Source of the DNA: Gemmatimonadota bacterium
GTDB lineage: Bacteria; Gemmatimonadota; Gemmatimonadetes; Palauibacterales; Palauibacteraceae
Assembly (NCBI GenBank): GCA_039588275.1
Contig: JBDHAC010000066.1
Span: 1-17,977, forward strand
Direction of reading: 5' to 3'
DNA length: 17,977 bases
Shown: positions 16,110 through 17,977 of the stretch, in pieces
Numbering within the stretch: the first letter of the stretch is position 1
Layout of the letters: every line of letters starts with the position of its first letter
Made by a program: the position numbers and the translations under genes
The notes under the pieces: model-generated
What the model was told of the DNA's origin: nothing
What the model saw: the letters and a program-made list of their open reading frames with translations, nothing else
Database searches by the model: none

Positions 16110-16375
16110 CAGCTCGGTTCCTTTGATTCGCTGTGCTCGGGCAGGGGCGTCGCGCCGGGTCGATCTTCGAGGAGACGCGTCATGAAACGCTGCTCCTCGG
16201 TCAGCCGGTCCACCTGCTCGGACAGCAACGACAGCTGTTCGCGCAGGTCCGCGATTTCCGGCTCGTTGCCTGAACCGACAGGCGGCTGTATCGCCGGGCG
16301 ATCCAGCCACTTCGTCAGCACTTCGCCGCAAGTCACGAGCGCGACGATTATGACGATGAAGAAGAAAACGCTCAT
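16109..16375 (-). CDS. Small single-TM protein with C-terminal coiled coil (PspB-like architecture)
   Basis: N-terminal hydrophobic helix VFFFIVIIVALV, then heptads IADLREQLSLLSEQVDRLTEEQRFMTRLLE. GGAG directly upstream; coupled to the next gene. Confidence 0.75.
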   Translation of the reverse strand: MSVFFFIVIIVALVTCGEVLTKWLDRPAIQPPVGSGNEPEIADLREQLSLLSEQVDRLTEEQRFMTRLLEDRPGATPLPEHSESKEPS

Positions 16376-16480
16376 GCTCCACGGACGCGTGGCCCCTGAC
16401 AGGCCGCCCTAGTCCATAACCGATTCACCGTACGACCCCTCGACACCGGCGGTTTCGCGACTCCGCCAGGCGGGCGCGAA

Positions 16481-16510
16481 AGTGTAACTCCAACGGGCTC
16501 GGGTTTTCAA
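16481..16510 (-). promoter_or_regulatory. Putative sigma70-type promoter for the Psp-like cluster
   Basis: Minus strand TTGAAA-18 bp-TACACT, about 105 bp upstream of the ATG at 16375 and downstream of the upstream gene's terminator. Confidence 0.5.
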
Positions 16511-16570
16511 CCGTGTCAGGAGTAGTCCGAGGAGCTCGCGGGTGGCACTCGGGGGCATGGTGCCGCATCC

Positions 16571-16605
16571 GAAGAAGAGGGCCCCGTCGCCATCGGACGG
16601 GGCCC
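16571..16605 (-). terminator. Probable intrinsic terminator of the large surface-protein gene
   Basis: Perfect 10-bp stem GGGCCCCGUC/GACGGGGCCC with a 7-nt loop, followed on the minus strand by UCUUCUUC. A second 8-bp hairpin (16635-16656) lies just upstream. Confidence 0.65.
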
Positions 16606-16667
16606 CTCCCCTGAGTGGAGTGTTCTGTCTATGCCGGGAAGCTCAGCGGCTTCCCGATCTCAGACTC

Positions 16668-17977
16668 CTACGGATTCCAGGTCACGTCGACCCGCGTCAC
16701 CAACTGCGACACGTTCGGAGCATCTACGTCCGCCTTGTCTCGGGCGATGTCCTCCGCATCGATCACGAAGCAGTACGTCACCGTACCGCCGACACCGACG
16801 CCGAACGGATCATTGATCGTGAATACCTGGGCGTTGGCACCGGAGAAGTCGATCGCGTTCGTGCCGTTCTCGAGCGAGATCACGTTACGGTCGATCTCCG
16901 CGCCACCGGTATCGTCGAGCACGTAAAAGCCTCCGCCCGGCACGGTCGTGCAGTCGTTGTCCGTCCCCGTCCCCAAGGCATCCGTCCCGTCGACCGCAAC
17001 CGTCAGGGTCGCGTCCTCGATCTCGTTCGCGTCGTCGATCGTCGTGCCGATGCTGATGACGATCGCGTTCGCATCCGTGCCTCCGCTCCCCACCGGAGCC
17101 GGATCCAGCGCTCCCATGACCGGCGCCGTGGTGTCGAGGATGAACGTGTAATCGTGCGTGGCGTCGTTCGGGGGCACGGCGTTGTCGGGCACCGTGAGCG
17201 TCACCGTGGCCGGTCCTTCAGGCATTGGCGCCGGCAGCAACAGATCGATCCTGTACTTGATCGGGCCGATACCGTCCACGCGATACGACGTCATGTCCTG
17301 GTCGATAGCCGTGATGAAGGTGCACGGGTTGCAGCCCGAAAAGTTCACGTCGCTGCCAGGATCGCCGCTCTCGAGAAGAGGATCCTCGGCGTCGAAGAAC
17401 AGAGACACGTCGTTCAGGACGAATACCGGATCGTCCGCCGGATCCGTGTCCGGCTCAATGGCCGTGATGTCCGGTGCGGTACGGTCGACGCCGTAGAAAG
17501 TCGGCGGCTCACCCGTGTTGATCGCGTCGCCGACCCCTTCGAGGTCGGTCACGTTCGCCAGGTCGTCCTGGAGATGCACGACCTCCGCGATATAGCAGTC
17601 GAGCGCGTTCGTGTCGGCATCGGCCACGGGATCGTCCTCGTCGTGATCGTCGATCCCGACCAGATCCTCGTAATCCTCGTCGACGGGCACGAACTCCGAA
17701 GTCGTCAGATCCGGATCGTCGTCGATGTTGTCGGCCACGTCACACTCGCCGACGTCGATCCGCGACCCGGCTCCCGCACCGAACGTGAAGCCGACACCGA
17801 GATCGGTGACACCCGCGAGGTTGAAGTCACCGGTGGAGAAATACTCGCCGCCCGCGACCGGAGCGCCGTCCACCTCGATCTCCGCGCCAGCCGCGACGAT
17901 CGGCGCCAGGAAGTCGAGGTAGATGGTCTCGTCGAACCCGACGACGCCGTGTGTGAACTCGGCGGTGACGTTCAGGC
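16668..17977 (-). CDS. C-terminal part of a large acidic secreted/surface protein with Ig-like beta-sandwich domains (5' end outside the window)
   Basis: The frame stays open to the window edge (LNVTAEFTHGVVGFDETIYLDFLAP...). Very Asp/Thr/Val/Gly-rich with almost no Lys. Repeated LDFLAP / VDRTAP / LDTTAP linker motifs typical of bacterial Ig-like repeats. Confidence 0.8.
   Translation of the reverse strand, partial: LNVTAEFTHGVVGFDETIYLDFLAPIVAAGAEIEVDGAPVAGGEYFSTGDFNLAGVTDLGVGFTFGAGAGSRIDVGECDVADNIDDDPDLTTSEFVPVDEDYEDLVGIDDHDEDDPVADADTNALDCYIAEVVHLQDDLANVTDLEGVGDAINTGEPPTFYGVDRTAPDITAIEPDTDPADDPVFVLNDVSLFFDAEDPLLESGDPGSDVNFSGCNPCTFITAIDQDMTSYRVDGIGPIKYRIDLLLPAPMPEGPATVTLTVPDNAVPPNDATHDYTFILDTTAPVMGALDPAPVGSGGTDANAIVISIGTTIDDANEIEDATLTVAVDGTDALGTGTDNDCTTVPGGGFYVLDDTGGAEIDRNVISLENGTNAIDFSGANAQVFTINDPFGVGVGGTVTYCFVIDAEDIARDKADVDAPNVSQLVTRVDVTWNP

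Noticed and set aside
16543..16560. TGGCAC sigma54-like site near the Psp cluster
   Set aside because: It faces away from the psp genes, and the GG-N10-GC spacing is off by one.

Overview
GC-rich bacterial housekeeping region. Gemmatimonadota or a related FCB-group lineage is my inference, from a TrmD CGHYKG variant and general protein style. Almost all genes are on the minus strand. Right to left: the 3' part of a large acidic Ig-like surface protein and its terminator; a Psp-like envelope-stress cluster (small TM/coiled-coil protein, CesT/YbjN-like chaperone, PspA/IM30, Asp/Glu racemase); a plus-strand inositol monophosphatase; then trpS, MgtC/SapB, D-2-hydroxyacid dehydrogenase, PilT-family ATPase, DapA/HOGA-like aldolase, purA, ffh, rpsP, rimM, trmD, rplS, rnhB, a 4-TM membrane protein and a class II glutamine amidotransferase. 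I see no mobile element, CRISPR array, tRNA or rRNA. The best leads are: a densely structured purA-ffh intergenic region with a candidate ffh-leader RNA; an aldolase that appears to need a CTG start coupled to the pilT stop; the non-canonical Psp module; long acidic tails on S16, L19 and PspA; substitutions in normally conserved motifs (Ffh DMAGR, RNase HII GYG, S16 loop); an Fe-S type TrpRS Cys motif; and a perfect 20-bp direct repeat upstream of purA.
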